A DNA stretch of 64,000 nt from Candidatus Alectryobacillus sp. (GTDB taxonomy: Bacteria; Bacillota_I; Bacilli_A; RFN20; CAG-826): the NCBI GenBank assembly GCA_036735985.1, contig DAINNH010000001.1, forward strand, positions 103,735 through 167,734. The letters are read 5' to 3'. The position numbers and the translations under genes are program-made. Below the pieces are notes generated by a model, which made no database searches, was not told where the DNA came from, and was given only the letters and a program-made list of their open reading frames with translations. Positions within the stretch are counted from its first letter, which is position 1, and each line of letters starts with the position of its first letter. Shown piece by piece: positions 18,617-30,051 of this stretch.

Positions 18617-18644
18617 GCCAAATATATAGGAGGAAAAAATTATT

Positions 18645-19019
18645 ATGGCAAAATTAAATAAAGAAGAAGTCATTGCCGGATTAAAGGAAATGACCGTATT
18701 AGAAATTAACGAATTAGTCAAAGCTATTGAACAAGAATTTGGTGTTACTGCTGCTGCCCCAACCGCTGCTGCTGCTCCTGCTGAAGAAGAAGAAGCTAAG
18801 AAAGGCCCAGCTGAAGTTTCATTATATTTAAAGTCTGTTGGTATGAGCAAAGTCGCCGTTATTAAGGCTGTCCAAGCTATTACTGGCAAGAACTTAATGG
18901 ATGCTAAGAAGTTAGTTGATGGCGCTCCAGTCGCTATCAAAGAAAAGATTTCCCCAGTCGAAGCTGAAGAACATAAGAAAGCTTTAGTCGCTGCTGGTGC
19001 TGAAGTCGAAATTAAGTAA
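18645..19019 (+). CDS. rplL: 50S ribosomal protein L7/L12
   Basis: An Ala/Glu-rich hinge (AAAPTAAAAPAEEEEA) and a C-terminal domain KVAVIKAVQAITGKNLMDAKKLVDGAP. Confidence 0.95.
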   Translation: MAKLNKEEVIAGLKEMTVLEINELVKAIEQEFGVTAAAPTAAAAPAEEEEAKKGPAEVSLYLKSVGMSKVAVIKAVQAITGKNLMDAKKLVDGAPVAIKEKISPVEAEEHKKALVAAGAEVEIK

Positions 19020-19041
19020 TTAACTACTTAATAATCATTTT

Positions 19042-19080
19042 ACCTACCCCGTTTTAACGGGGTAGGTTTATGTGTTTTAA
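19042..19080 (+). terminator. rho-independent terminator after rplL
   Basis: ACCTACCCCGTT-tt-AACGGGGTAGGT (12 bp if the small loop opens) followed by a T-rich stretch. Confidence 0.8.
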
Positions 19081-19092
19081 GAGGGAGTGTGT

Positions 19093-19692
19093 ATGAGTCA
19101 ATATTTTGATAACGATAAGGCAGTAAAAAGAGTTGAAAAAACCATTTCTTACTACTTTAACGGTGTACCATTCCACCTTAAATCGAATAATGGTATCTTC
19201 TCTAAAAATGGATTAGACTTCGGAAGTCGAGTCCTTATGGAAACTGTTTCCAGTTTAAATTTAACAGGAGATATCTTAGACCTAGGTTGTGGCATCGGAG
19301 TTATCGGTTTAACCCTCGCGTATTTTGATAAAAACAAGTACACGCTAGTGGACATAAATCAATTAGCTTGCGATGTGGCAAATATAAATGCTCTAAATTT
19401 ATCTTTAGAAGATCGCGTCTCAATCAAATGTAGTGATGGATTCGCCGAGATTAACGAGAAAATATTTGATTTTATATTACTAAATCCGCCAATCAGAGCA
19501 GGGAAAGAAGTAATATATAAACTTTATAAGGATAGTTATGATCATCTAAAGCGTGGCGGTTTATTGTATATTGTCGTTCGTAAAGACCAAGGAGCGTTAT
19601 CTCATAAAAAGTATCTTGAAAGTATCTTTCAGGACGTCTCTTTATTAAATAAGGATAGCGGTTATTACATTTACGGATGTCACAAACAATAA
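19093..19692 (+). CDS. class I SAM-dependent methyltransferase (RsmC/YbxB-like)
   Basis: SAM motif ILDLGCGIGVIG and NPPIRAG (an N-methyltransferase NPPxH/R-like motif). It has the same rplL-MTase-rpoB position as B. subtilis ybxB. Confidence 0.8.
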   Translation: MSQYFDNDKAVKRVEKTISYYFNGVPFHLKSNNGIFSKNGLDFGSRVLMETVSSLNLTGDILDLGCGIGVIGLTLAYFDKNKYTLVDINQLACDVANINALNLSLEDRVSIKCSDGFAEINEKIFDFILLNPPIRAGKEVIYKLYKDSYDHLKRGGLLYIVVRKDQGALSHKKYLESIFQDVSLLNKDSGYYIYGCHKQ

Positions 19693-19717
19693 ATATTAAA
19701 TTAATAAGGAGAGCAAA

Positions 19718-22700
19718 ATGGATAGTTATAAAAACTATAAGAAAATCAATAATGATCGTATTGATTTTTCAAAAGTATCTGGATCTTTGCCTTTACCTTA
19801 TCTTGTGGAGATTCAAACCAAATCTTTCCAAGAATTCTTAGATAAAGGATTAGACGAAGTTTTTAGAGATGTTTTTCCAATTAATTCGTACAATAACGAT
19901 ATTGCGATTGAGTATGAATCTTGTAGTTTAGAGGATCCAAAATATGATCCTTTAGAGTGTAAAGCAAGAAACCTTACATATTCAAAATCTCTAAAAGCTA
20001 TAATGAGACTTCACTATTTAACTAGTGGTCAAATTAAAGAACAAGAAGTTTACATGGGTGAACTTCCAATCATGACCAGTAGTGGAACCTTCATTGTTAA
20101 TGGTGCCGAAAAAGTTATTGTTTCACAAATCGTTCGTTCACCAGGTGCTTATTTATCTAAATTTTTAGATAAAACCGGCAAATATATTTATGGTGCTGAT
20201 TTAATCCCATCAAGAGGTACTTGGTGTCAATTTGAATCAGGAGCCAAGAACATTCTTTCCATCCGTATTGATCGTCAAAGAAAGATGAATGCGACCATCC
20301 TTTTAAAAGCTTTAGGCTTTGAAAAATATGATGATGTCGTGGCAGTATTTGGCGAAAATCCTTCTTTAAAGGAAACTTGGGAAAAGGATGTTGATATTAA
20401 GAATTCAAAGGGTGCTTTACGTGAAATCTTTAAGAAATTAAAGCCAGGCGAACCAGTTACTGATTCTGGTGTCGTTCTTTTACTCGTACAAAAATTCTTT
20501 GATGACAAGCGTTATGATATTGGTAACGCTGGTCGATACAAATTTAATAAGAAATTAGGGCCTTATAATCGTCTTATCGGTCGTCGCTTAGCTGAGCCTT
20601 TAGTGAGCGCCGATGGTGAGGTTATTTATGAAGAAGGTACCATCCTTACCAAAGAAGATGTTTCTACTTTAAAACGTATGGAATTCTTTGAAAAGGGTGC
20701 CTGCCGTCATGACCTTTCTTTAAATACTGATTTAGACACTCATAATAGCGTCTATATTATTAAAGTTTATCCAGATGTAGAACATAACGATAAAGTCTGT
20801 AATATCGTTGGTAGCGATATTAATACTGAGATTCATCGTGTCACTATTAGTGATATGTTAGCGACTTTCTCCAGCTTCCTTAATATTATGGATGGTTTTG
20901 GCGAAGCCGATGATATTGATAATCTTTCTAATCGTCGTATTCGTTGTATTGGTGAACTTTTACAAACTCAATTTAGAATTGGTTTAACAAAGATGTCTAA
21001 ATCGATTATGCAAAAACTTTCGATTACCTCTGAACTTGAAGAATTAACTCTTCAATCTATTCTTAATGTTAAGCCATTAGCTGGCTCAATTCGTGAATTC
21101 TTTAATTCTTCGCAATTATCGCAATTCATGGATCAAGTCAACCCTCTAGCTGAACTTACCAATAAGCGTCGTATCTCTGCGTTAGGTCCTGGTGGTTTAA
21201 CCCGTGACCGTGCTTCGATGGAAGTCCGTGATGTCCACTATACTCACTATGGACGTATCTGTCCTATTGAAACTCCAGAAGGTCAAAACATTGGCTTAAT
21301 CAACAACTTAGCATGTTATGCCAAAGTTGATGAATATGGTTTTATTAAAACTCCATATCGTAAGGTAACTCATAAGGTTCTTGATGGTGTTGAAGTTCCT
21401 GTTGTTCTTGAAGAAGCGGATTATTATAGTGCTGACCAAGAAAGAAACCACAAGATTGCTCAAGCTAACGTCTCAATTAATGAACATGGTGTCATTACCG
21501 ATGAGATGGTTGTTGCGCGTTATAATGGTGAAAATATTATGTGTAGTGCTCTTGAAATCGATCATATCGACGTGAGCCCAAAACAAGTTATTTCTGTCGC
21601 AGCGGCTTGTATTCCATTCCTTGAAAACGATGATAATACTCGTGCTTTGATGGGTGCGAACATGCAACGTCAAGCTCTTCCACTTTTAAATCCAGAAGCT
21701 CCATATGTTGGAACTGGTATGGAACATGTCATTGCTCACGATTCTGGCTTAGCAGTCTGTGCTAAACACGCTGGTAAAGTTACCTACGTTGATTCACGCA
21801 AGATTGTGGTGATGTCAAAAGATGGAGTTACTGAAACTTATTTACTTCAAAAATTTGCTTGTTCCAACCAAGGAACTTGCATTAATCAACGCGCCATTGT
21901 GCATGTTGGTGATGATGTAAAAGAATCTCAAATTCTCGCTGATGGACCAGCCATGCAAAATGGCGATCTCGCTTTAGGACAAAACGTCACTGTCGCCTTT
22001 ATGACCTGGAATGGTTATAACTACGAAGATGCTGTTATTATGTCTCAAAGATTGGTCCAAGATGATGTTTATACTTCAATCCATATTGAAACATATGAAG
22101 TTGAATGCCGTGAAACCAAAATGGGACCTGAACAAATTACCCAAGATATTCCAAATGTCTCGGATAAGATGAAGGCCAATTTGGATGAACATGGTGTTAT
22201 TACAATTGGTTCACAAGTTAAAGAAGGCGATATCTTAGTTGGTAAAACAACTCCAAAAGCCAAACTTGAAGAATCTCCAGATATGAAGTTAATGCGTGCT
22301 ATTAAAGGTGAAAATAACGATGATAACAAAGATAGCTCATTAACTGTTCCACATGGTGGTGCTGGTATTGTCGTTGATGTGAAATACTTTAACCGTAAAA
22401 ACGGTGATGAACTTCCACCAAACGTCAATGAAAAGATTCGTGTCTACATTGCGCAAAAGCGTAAGATTTCTGAAGGCGATAAGATGTCAGGCCGTCATGG
22501 TAATAAAGGTGTTATTTCCCGTATTTTACCAGTCTCTGATATGCCATATCTTCCTGATGGAACCCCAGTTGATATTATGCTCAATCCTTGTGGTGTTCCT
22601 TCTCGTATGAATATTGGTCAAATTCTTGAATTACATTTAGGATTAGCTTGTAAGAAATTAGGCATTAAGATTGCCACTCCAGTCTTTGATGGTGTTAGCA

Positions 22701-23371
22701 ATGAGGAATTAAATGATTTAATTGCTCAAGCTGGTATTTCTAAAGATTGTAAGACTATTCTTTATGATGGTCGTACCGGTGAAAGATTCGATGAAAGAAT
22801 CTCCGTCGGTGTTATGTATATGATTAAACTTGTCCACATGGTCGATGATAAACTTCACGCCCGTGCGACTGGTCCATATAGTTTAACAACTCAACAACCT
22901 CTTGGTGGTAAAGCCCAAAACGGTGGTCAAAGATTCGGTGAAATGGAAGTCTGGGCGCTGGAAGCTTATGGCGCGGCTCACGTTCTTGAAGAAATGATGA
23001 CCCTTAAGAGTGATGATAAAGCTGGCCGTAGTCAACTTTATAGCGCTATTATTCATGGCTCGACCTATCCAAACCCATCTATTCCAGAAGCTTTTAAAGT
23101 TTTTGTTAATGAATTAAAGGGTTTATCAATGGATGTTGAAATCTTTGATCAACATAATCGTCCAATCGATTTAGTTGAACTTGCTAAACGTACAAATAGT
23201 GATGAACGTCATGCGCAACGTGTTATTAATGGCCGTGCTAGCGATAAGACAGTCGTCACTGCTGAAGATGTTAAAGCGGATGAAGCCGCTAATAAAGAAG
23301 ATGAAGAAACTACTCAAGCTCAAGTTGAAGAACTTGGCGGTAGCTTTGTTGAAGGAGGAGAAGATAAATAA
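19718..23371 (+). CDS. rpoB: DNA-directed RNA polymerase subunit beta
   Basis: 1217 aa with conserved blocks [30 protein letters not shown] and [12 protein letters not shown]. It has an acidic C-terminal tail. Confidence 0.97.
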   Translation: MDSYKNYKKINNDRIDFSKVSGSLPLPYLVEIQTKSFQEFLDKGLDEVFRDVFPINSYNNDIAIEYESCSLEDPKYDPLECKARNLTYSKSLKAIMRLHYLTSGQIKEQEVYMGELPIMTSSGTFIVNGAEKVIVSQIVRSPGAYLSKFLDKTGKYIYGADLIPSRGTWCQFESGAKNILSIRIDRQRKMNATILLKALGFEKYDDVVAVFGENPSLKETWEKDVDIKNSKGALREIFKKLKPGEPVTDSGVVLLLVQKFFDDKRYDIGNAGRYKFNKKLGPYNRLIGRRLAEPLVSADGEVIYEEGTILTKEDVSTLKRMEFFEKGACRHDLSLNTDLDTHNSVYIIKVYPDVEHNDKVCNIVGSDINTEIHRVTISDMLATFSSFLNIMDGFGEADDIDNLSNRRIRCIGELLQTQFRIGLTKMSKSIMQKLSITSELEELTLQSILNVKPLAGSIREFFNSSQLSQFMDQVNPLAELTNKRRISALGPGGLTRDRASMEVRDVHYTHYGRICPIETPEGQNIGLINNLACYAKVDEYGFIKTPYRKVTHKVLDGVEVPVVLEEADYYSADQERNHKIAQANVSINEHGVITDEMVVARYNGENIMCSALEIDHIDVSPKQVISVAAACIPFLENDDNTRALMGANMQRQALPLLNPEAPYVGTGMEHVIAHDSGLAVCAKHAGKVTYVDSRKIVVMSKDGVTETYLLQKFACSNQGTCINQRAIVHVGDDVKESQILADGPAMQNGDLALGQNVTVAFMTWNGYNYEDAVIMSQRLVQDDVYTSIHIETYEVECRETKMGPEQITQDIPNVSDKMKANLDEHGVITIGSQVKEGDILVGKTTPKAKLEESPDMKLMRAIKGENNDDNKDSSLTVPHGGAGIVVDVKYFNRKNGDELPPNVNEKIRVYIAQKRKISEGDKMSGRHGNKGVISRILPVSDMPYLPDGTPVDIMLNPCGVPSRMNIGQILELHLGLACKKLGIKIATPVFDGVSNEELNDLIAQAGISKDCKTILYDGRTGERFDERISVGVMYMIKLVHMVDDKLHARATGPYSLTTQQPLGGKAQNGGQRFGEMEVWALEAYGAAHVLEEMMTLKSDDKAGRSQLYSAIIHGSTYPNPSIPEAFKVFVNELKGLSMDVEIFDQHNRPIDLVELAKRTNSDERHAQRVINGRASDKTVVTAEDVKADEAANKEDEETTQAQVEELGGSFVEGGEDK

Positions 23372-23373
23372 CT

Positions 23374-26300
23374 ATGGAAGAAAAAACTCAAGTAAGTTGG
23401 ATCAAAGTTGGTCTTGCATCTCCTGAAAAAATTCGTAGTTGGTCTTATGGTGAAGTTACAAAACCAGAAACCATCAATTATCGTACCCAAAAACCTGAAC
23501 CAGATGGTCTTTTCTGTGAAAAGATCTTTGGTCCAACCAAAGATAATACCTGTTATTGTGGTAAATATAAGAAAGCAAAGGATATTGGCCTAGTTTGCGA
23601 AAGATGCGGAGTTGAAATTACAACTCGAGCTGTTCGTCGTGAACGTATGGGTCATATTGATTTGGCGGTTCCTTGCTGCCATATTTGGTATCTTAAAGGT
23701 ATTCCATCCCGTATTGGCCTTGTGCTCGATGTCTCTCCTAAGCAATTAGAGGATGTCATCTACTATAATGCCCACTATGTTTTGGATCCAGGTACTTGTA
23801 AATCTCTTCATTATAAGCAATATATTAATGAAAAGATGGGTCGTGCGGATTTTATTTCAGCTCTTAAAGAAGTGGCTGATACTATCCAAGATAAGACTAT
23901 TTATGAATATACTTTAATTACAAATTATATTAATCAACTTGAAACTAATAACCAAGTCTTTGATTATTATGGTATTTCTGGTTTGATTTCAAAATTCACT
24001 GGCGCCAAATTTGGTGAAGGTGCCGAAGCCGTTGAAACCCTTCTTAAAGAAGTTGATTTAAATAAAGAATCTGAAAATATTCGTGCCGAACTTAAAGAAG
24101 CTAGTGCTCAAAAGGCTACTAAACTCATTAAGAGACTCGAAGTAATCGAATCTTTTATTAAATCTAACAACCGTCCAGAATGGATGATTCTTCGTGCTTT
24201 ACCTGTCATTCCACCTGATCTTCGTCCAATGCTTCCACTTGATGGTGGTCGTTTTGCGGTCTCAGATTTAAATGACTTATATCGTCGTGTTATTTCTCGT
24301 AATAAGATGTTAAAAGATCTTATCGAAAGAAATTCACCACGTGTTATTCTTACTAACCAATGTCGTATGCTTCAAGAAGCTGTCGATTCTTTAATTGATA
24401 ATGGTCGTCGTAATGGTAAACCAGTTACTGGTGCTGGCGGTCGTCCACTTAAATCTTTATCAGGCTCCTTAAAAGGTAAGCAAGGTAGATTTAGACAAAA
24501 CCTTCTTGGCAAACGTGTTGACTATAGTGGTCGTAGTGTTATTGCTGTTGGTCCATCTTTAAAGATGTATCAATGTGGTTTACCACGTGAAATGGCTATT
24601 AAATTACTCCGTCCATTTATTATTCGTGAACTCATTTCGACTAACGTCGCAATAAGTGCTTCTCAAGGCGATAATATGATTGATCGCAACGAGCCAGAAG
24701 TCTATGATGCTCTTGAAAAAATCATTTCTTATCACCCAGTATTACTTAACCGTGCGCCTACTCTTCATAGATTAGGTATTCAAGCCTTCCAACCTGTTCT
24801 TGTTGAAGGCCGTGCCATTCGTTTACATCCACTCGTTTGTCCTGGCTTCAACGCCGACTTCGATGGCGACCAAATGGCTGTTCACGTCCCTATTACGAAA
24901 GAAGCCCAAGAAGAAGCTCTCGATTTAATGTTAGCTTCGAATAACATTCTTGGTCCAAAGGATGGAAAACCAATCTGTATTCCATCTCAAGACATGGTTC
25001 TTGGTAACTATTACTTAACAATTGAAGATAATAAAGAATATTTCTTAGCTCGTGCAGCCTCTGATGAAGCTAGTGGCGATCTTGATGAAGCTGAACTTTA
25101 CAAGAAATTTGCTGAGGCTGAAGGTAAGGTCTTTGCGAGTGTGGATGAAGTAATTATGGCTTATGAATCCCATAAGGTTCATCTCCATAATAGAATTGCT
25201 ATTTTAGGTAAGGAATTACATAAAGATGGTTTCACTTCAGAAATGAATAATTCTTATTTATTAACAACTGTTGGTAAAATTATCTTTAACGAAATTTTCC
25301 CTAACGATTTCCCATATATTAATGATGCGATTGAATCAAATTTAGCGGCTGATGATATTAAATATTTCGCTCCTAAAGGTAGTGATATTGCTGGGATTTT
25401 CGCTAATAAGGAAACTAAATTACGTAAACCAATTAATAAGAAGTTTATTGGTAAAATTATCGATGAAGTTTTCCATCGTTATGGTACAAGCAAAACTTCA
25501 ATGATTGTTGATAAGATTAAGGATTTAGGTTTTGAATATTCAACACAATTTGGTATTACTATTTCTATTGCGGATATTCAAGTCTGTCCAAATAAAGGTA
25601 AACTCTTAGTTGAAGCCGATAAGAAGATTGAAAAGATCAATCACGATTTCAATAAAGGTTTAATTAGTGAAGACGAAAGACATAAACTCGTTATTGCTGT
25701 TTGGGGTTCCGATGGCAATCAAAAAGCTATCGAAGAAGACGTCAAGGCTGAACTTAATTCGAATAAAAAGAACTCCCTCTTTATTATGTTAGATAGTGGT
25801 GCTCGTGGTAGTATCTCGAACTTTACTCAATTAATGGGTATGAGAGGCTTAATGGGCAATACTTCTGGTGAAACTATTGAAATTCCAGTTCGTTCTTGCT
25901 TCCGTGAAGGTCTTAACGTTAGTGAATTCTTCACTGGTACCCATGGTGCTCGTAAAGGTGGTGCTGATACCGCTCTTAAGACAGCTGACTCTGGTTATTT
26001 AACTCGTCGTTTGGTCGATGTTTCACATGATGTCATCGTTCGTGAAGATGATTGTGGAACAGATCACGGAACTGTTGTTAGTGAAATTCTTGATGAATCT
26101 CAACAAAACATGGTTCTTGTCAAGCTTCAAGAACGTATTGTTGGTCGCTTTGCTTTACATGATATCGTTGATCCAAGTGATGGCCACGTTATTGTTGAAG
26201 GCAACACCATGATTGATGAAGCGAAAGCGGATGAAGTGGTTAAAGCCGGTATTAAAGAAGTTGAAATTCGTTCAATCTTTGGTTGTGAAACAAAAGATGG

Positions 26301-27348
26301 TGTTTGTGTCCATTGCTATGGTCGTAACCTTGCAACAGGAAAACTTGTTGAAAAAGGTCAAGCCGTTGGTATTATGGCCGCTCAATCCATTGGTGAACCT
26401 GGTACTCAACTTACCATGAGAACATTCCACACCGGCGGTGTTGCTGGCAGTGATATTACTCAAGGTCTTCCACGTGTTCAAGAATTGTTTGAAGCTCGTC
26501 CTCCAAAGGGCCAAGCTCTTATTTCCGAAATTAGTGGAACTGTTACCAAAATTACTCCTAAACAATCTGTCTTCGAAGTCACCATTAAAAATGATCTTGA
26601 AGAAAAGGTTTATGAAACTTACTTTGGTGCTAAACTAGCTGTCAAAGTTGGCGATAATATTAAAAATGGTGGCAAGATTACTGAAGGTGCTATTAATCCT
26701 AAAGAATTACTTAATGTCTCCGATCGTAATGCGGTCGAGCAATACATTTTAAAGGAAGTTCATAAGGTTTATGGTGCTCAAGGTATTGGCATTAGTGATA
26801 AACATATTGAAATTATCATTCGTCAAATGCTTCGTAAAATTGCTATTGTTGATAGTGGTGATACCGAATTACTTCCAGGCACAAGAGTGAATATTAATGA
26901 ATTCACCAGTGCGAATGCTCCAGTTTTGATGGATGGTAAACATCCAGCTGTTGGACGTCCAGTCGTAATGGGTATTACAAAGGCAGCTCTTGAAACTGAT
27001 TCGTTCTTATCAGCTGCTTCCTTCCAAGAAACAACTCGTGTCTTAACCGATGCGGCTATTAAAGGAAAAGCTGATCATTTACATGGTTTAAAAGAGAACG
27101 TTATTGCTGGTCGTTTAATTCCAGCTGGTCGTGGTTTATTGACTCCAAGCGAAGAACAAGAAATCATGGATAACTTCAATGTTGTCCGTCGCATTAATGA
27201 AGTTCGTGCGGACTATGGCCTAGAACCTGAATCAATTGCTGAAGAAGAAAATCCATATCCAGAACAAGATGATGTTGCTGTTTCAACAAATAATGATACT
27301 CCAACTGAAACAAGTGCTGATGGATTCGCTATTCGCGACGATAAGTAA
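23374..27348 (+). CDS. rpoC: DNA-directed RNA polymerase subunit beta'
   Basis: 1324 aa with a zinc motif CYCGKYKK...CERCG, the catalytic [12 protein letters not shown] and bridge-helix/trigger-loop blocks. It has an acidic C-terminal extension. Confidence 0.97.
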   Translation: MEEKTQVSWIKVGLASPEKIRSWSYGEVTKPETINYRTQKPEPDGLFCEKIFGPTKDNTCYCGKYKKAKDIGLVCERCGVEITTRAVRRERMGHIDLAVPCCHIWYLKGIPSRIGLVLDVSPKQLEDVIYYNAHYVLDPGTCKSLHYKQYINEKMGRADFISALKEVADTIQDKTIYEYTLITNYINQLETNNQVFDYYGISGLISKFTGAKFGEGAEAVETLLKEVDLNKESENIRAELKEASAQKATKLIKRLEVIESFIKSNNRPEWMILRALPVIPPDLRPMLPLDGGRFAVSDLNDLYRRVISRNKMLKDLIERNSPRVILTNQCRMLQEAVDSLIDNGRRNGKPVTGAGGRPLKSLSGSLKGKQGRFRQNLLGKRVDYSGRSVIAVGPSLKMYQCGLPREMAIKLLRPFIIRELISTNVAISASQGDNMIDRNEPEVYDALEKIISYHPVLLNRAPTLHRLGIQAFQPVLVEGRAIRLHPLVCPGFNADFDGDQMAVHVPITKEAQEEALDLMLASNNILGPKDGKPICIPSQDMVLGNYYLTIEDNKEYFLARAASDEASGDLDEAELYKKFAEAEGKVFASVDEVIMAYESHKVHLHNRIAILGKELHKDGFTSEMNNSYLLTTVGKIIFNEIFPNDFPYINDAIESNLAADDIKYFAPKGSDIAGIFANKETKLRKPINKKFIGKIIDEVFHRYGTSKTSMIVDKIKDLGFEYSTQFGITISIADIQVCPNKGKLLVEADKKIEKINHDFNKGLISEDERHKLVIAVWGSDGNQKAIEEDVKAELNSNKKNSLFIMLDSGARGSISNFTQLMGMRGLMGNTSGETIEIPVRSCFREGLNVSEFFTGTHGARKGGADTALKTADSGYLTRRLVDVSHDVIVREDDCGTDHGTVVSEILDESQQNMVLVKLQERIVGRFALHDIVDPSDGHVIVEGNTMIDEAKADEVVKAGIKEVEIRSIFGCETKDGVCVHCYGRNLATGKLVEKGQAVGIMAAQSIGEPGTQLTMRTFHTGGVAGSDITQGLPRVQELFEARPPKGQALISEISGTVTKITPKQSVFEVTIKNDLEEKVYETYFGAKLAVKVGDNIKNGGKITEGAINPKELLNVSDRNAVEQYILKEVHKVYGAQGIGISDKHIEIIIRQMLRKIAIVDSGDTELLPGTRVNINEFTSANAPVLMDGKHPAVGRPVVMGITKAALETDSFLSAASFQETTRVLTDAAIKGKADHLHGLKENVIAGRLIPAGRGLLTPSEEQEIMDNFNVVRRINEVRADYGLEPESIAEEENPYPEQDDVAVSTNNDTPTETSADGFAIRDDK

Positions 27349-27359
27349 AAAATAAAAAT

Positions 27360-27396
27360 AGTCACATGGTTGAATAAAACCATGTGACTTTTTTAA
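27360..27396. terminator. bidirectional terminator between rpoC and the convergent gene
   Basis: GTCACATGGTT-gaataa-AACCATGTGAC is flanked by an A-run upstream and a T-run downstream. Confidence 0.85.
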
Positions 27397-27418
27397 TGCT
27401 TTTAAAGATATTTATTAA

Positions 27419-27988
27419 TTATTTTTTGTTGTCATAAATAATAAGGACATTATTGCGTTTTAAGAGTGAAGCAAATTCTTCTTTATTGTTTGAAGACTTG
27501 AAACCCTCATTTTTTAAAACAATTACATTTTGTTGAGTAGAATAAATAACAGTATATTCTTTATAAAAAATAACTTTTTTAATATCTTTATATGCAATAA
27601 AATAAGTGGAAATTTGTTTCGTATCTGAAAAAAGAGTGGAATATAATTCATATTCATAAAAATCAATAACAAATTTTGTTGGTCTAATCGAAGTGCGAGT
27701 TTGACCCTTTTTAGCATAAGAAACAAGGCTAATACCGACTTGAATAAATATTAAAATAATTGAAATAGCTAATAGTAGATTTCTAGTAGTTTCATCTTTA
27801 GCATAAAAAGCTAAAACAAACATTGCTAAGAGACCTAAAAACACTACTAAATTCGCACAAAAGGAAATTATGTCTTTTTTATGGGACTTTGAATACTTAC
27901 TTAAATTTGGATCTTTTAGACTTGTAACATTATAAAATAAAGGATCTTTACGAAATAATATCGTATTGCCAATCGGTTCTTCTTCCAT
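27419..27988 (-). CDS. membrane protein, possibly YcxB-like
   Basis: GGGAGG RBS on the minus strand. It has two central TM helices. The C-terminal part (FIAYKDIKKVIFYKEYTVIYSTQQNVIVLKNEGF) resembles the YcxB-like domain, from memory only. Confidence 0.55.
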   Translation of the reverse strand: MEEEPIGNTILFRKDPLFYNVTSLKDPNLSKYSKSHKKDIISFCANLVVFLGLLAMFVLAFYAKDETTRNLLLAISIILIFIQVGISLVSYAKKGQTRTSIRPTKFVIDFYEYELYSTLFSDTKQISTYFIAYKDIKKVIFYKEYTVIYSTQQNVIVLKNEGFKSSNNKEEFASLLKRNNVLIIYDNKK

Positions 27989-28055
27989 ACAACCTCCCAG
28001 TAATTATAAAATGTTTTACTATTATCTTTATTATAAACCATTAGTCTTTAACTAA

Positions 28056-28853
28056 CTATTTTAAAGATGGATTATTTTTTTCAATATTTTCTTTATTTTT
28101 ATCTGCATTAATGAGAAAAATCTTAGAAAATTTGGCTGCAGTTCTCTTGTGTTTGGCAATTTTGCTTTCAATATCGTTTTTCATTTCTTGTAATAAAGCG
28201 TTTTTATTGGAATAAGATATAGCTTTCTCTTTTACCTGAATCTTAAAGTTTTCATATTTAATAATAATCTTTGATTCTTTGGCTGCTTTTGATATGCGAG
28301 CAAATACATCAATTGAATAAGTTAAATCCATTAAAAATAAACCATAAATAATTCCAGTAATAAAGAGTAAAGCAAAATTATTACTTGAAATGATTACATT
28401 ATAGTAAAGAGTAACTAGATTATTCATCGGCTCGCCTAAAACTAACATATAAAATAAACCGGCTAGAGCCCATAAACACGTGAATTCTGGGCAAATCACT
28501 CCCTCGATATTTCCTTTCAAGTTTGAATAATCCCATAGCTTAACATGTAAACCTTTAATAAAAATAATGCCGGCAAGATATTCAATTAAAGTAGCGGCAA
28601 CCGTAAAGAGAATGATGCTATAAAATGTAAATAAATAATGGTTTGAAGTATTTAATCCGCACCAAGTAAAAATATTATAAAAAAAGTAAAGTAAGAAAAA
28701 CCCAAAACCATATAATGGGAGCCAAGGTCCTTTACAAAAACCTGGATTTATCCAGCGTTTCATTGAAACATAACGGCGGAAAAAAACTTCGACAAAATAC
28801 CCACAAATGGAGCCAAACATAAATAAAAACATAAAGGCTATAAAGTATTTCAT
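28056..28853 (-). CDS. polytopic membrane protein (putative ABC-transporter type IV / CmpB-like family)
   Basis: CGYFVEVFFRRY...INPGFCKGPWLPLYGFG resembles the N-terminal signature of the PF06541-type family. About 6 TMs. It has a C-terminal charged tail. Confidence 0.55.
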   Translation of the reverse strand: MKYFIAFMFLFMFGSICGYFVEVFFRRYVSMKRWINPGFCKGPWLPLYGFGFFLLYFFYNIFTWCGLNTSNHYLFTFYSIILFTVAATLIEYLAGIIFIKGLHVKLWDYSNLKGNIEGVICPEFTCLWALAGLFYMLVLGEPMNNLVTLYYNVIISSNNFALLFITGIIYGLFLMDLTYSIDVFARISKAAKESKIIIKYENFKIQVKEKAISYSNKNALLQEMKNDIESKIAKHKRTAAKFSKIFLINADKNKENIEKNNPSLK

Positions 28854-28968
28854 ATTTTTATTTTATAACAAATATTGTAAAGTATTCGTAATCTTTAAAA
28901 TTATGAACATAAAACTTAATAATATTGAATATTATTATGTTTGAAAACACAAAAAATAAGGAAAAATG

Positions 28969-28997
28969 TTGCTTTTATTTTAAAGCCTTTATATAAT
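28969..28997 (+). promoter_or_regulatory. sigma-A type promoter of the str operon
   Basis: TTGCTT (28969-28974), a 17-nt spacer, then TATAAT (28992-28997). It lies about 130 nt upstream of rpsL. Confidence 0.65.
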
Positions 28998-29127
28998 TAT
29001 TGAGTATGTATAAATATGCAGTGTTGATGGGCTTTTGAATGGAAGCCCTAAAATGTTGGAAAACACTTGAGACACCCGGTATTGTGTACATCCAGAATTA
29101 ATTAGTTAATTTTAAGGAGAGATTTAA

Positions 29128-29547
29128 ATGGCAACTATTAATCAATTAGTGCGTCAATCTCGTAAGAAAGTTGAATCAAAACCAAAGACTCCAGCTTTAC
29201 TTTATCGATATAACTCACTAAACAAAAAAGAAACAAAGCAATTCAGCGCTCAAAAAAGAGGCATTTGCACCCGTGTTGGTACAATGACTCCTAAGAAGCC
29301 AAACTCCGCATTACGTAAGTACGCCAGAGTCAAACTCAGCAATGGTTACGAAGTCACTGCTTATATTGGTGGTGAAGGACATAACTTAGCTGAACACAGC
29401 AACGTTATGATTCGTGGAGGCAGAGTCAAAGATTTACCAGGTGTCAGATACCATATTATTCGTGGTGTCCTTGATTGTGCTGGTATTGAAAAACGTAGAC
29501 AAGGTCGTTCCTTATACGGAACTAAAAAGCCTACAGAGTCTAATTAA
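29128..29547 (+). CDS. rpsL: 30S ribosomal protein S12
   Basis: [14 protein letters not shown]...[20 protein letters not shown]...[17 protein letters not shown]. Confidence 0.96.
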   Translation: MATINQLVRQSRKKVESKPKTPALLYRYNSLNKKETKQFSAQKRGICTRVGTMTPKKPNSALRKYARVKLSNGYEVTAYIGGEGHNLAEHSNVMIRGGRVKDLPGVRYHIIRGVLDCAGIEKRRQGRSLYGTKKPTESN

Positions 29548-29561
29548 GGAGGTAATTTAGA

Positions 29562-30032
29562 ATGCCACGTAAGGGAAATGTAGTACATCGTGATGTTTTA
29601 CCAGATCCAATTTATAATTCAAAATTAGTCACACGATTAATTAACGATATTATGTATGATGGTAAACGCGGTGTTGCTCAAACAATTTTATATGATGCTT
29701 TTAAGAAAGTAGAAGAGAAGACTAGCAAACCAGCAATGGATGTTTTCGCGACTGCAATCAACAATATTATGCCAGAAGTCGAACTCAAAGTTCGTCGTAT
29801 CGGCAGTGCTAACTATCAAGTACCAATTGAAGTTTCACAAGATAGAAAAGCTACTTTAGGTTTAAGATGGCTTGTTACCTATGCTCGTTTAAGAAATGAA
29901 AAGAGCATGGTTGATAAACTTGCTGGAGAAATTTTAGATGCCGCTAATGGTACAGGCGCGGCTGTTAAGAAGAGAGAAGATACCCACAAGATGGCTGAAG
30001 CTAATAAAGCTTATGCTCATTATAAGTGGTAA
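29562..30032 (+). CDS. rpsG: 30S ribosomal protein S7
   Basis: [28 protein letters not shown]...[10 protein letters not shown]. Confidence 0.96.
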   Translation: MPRKGNVVHRDVLPDPIYNSKLVTRLINDIMYDGKRGVAQTILYDAFKKVEEKTSKPAMDVFATAINNIMPEVELKVRRIGSANYQVPIEVSQDRKATLGLRWLVTYARLRNEKSMVDKLAGEILDAANGTGAAVKKREDTHKMAEANKAYAHYKW

Positions 30033-30051
30033 TTAAGGAGAATAATACATT

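Noticed and set aside
18554-18940. 128-aa minus-strand ORF, plus many similar ORF-track entries: 552-734(-), 2056-2265(-), 5004-5243(-), 5555-5818(+), 17604-17885(-), 22069-22428(-), 26272-26565(-), 30396-30809(-), 54761-55279(-), 56437-56688(-) and others.
   Set aside because: All lie entirely inside, or antisense to, highly conserved genes (rplJ/rplL, rpoA, rpoB, rpoC, fusA, nifJ...). They have low-complexity translations and no RBS. They are by-products of AT-rich codon usage.
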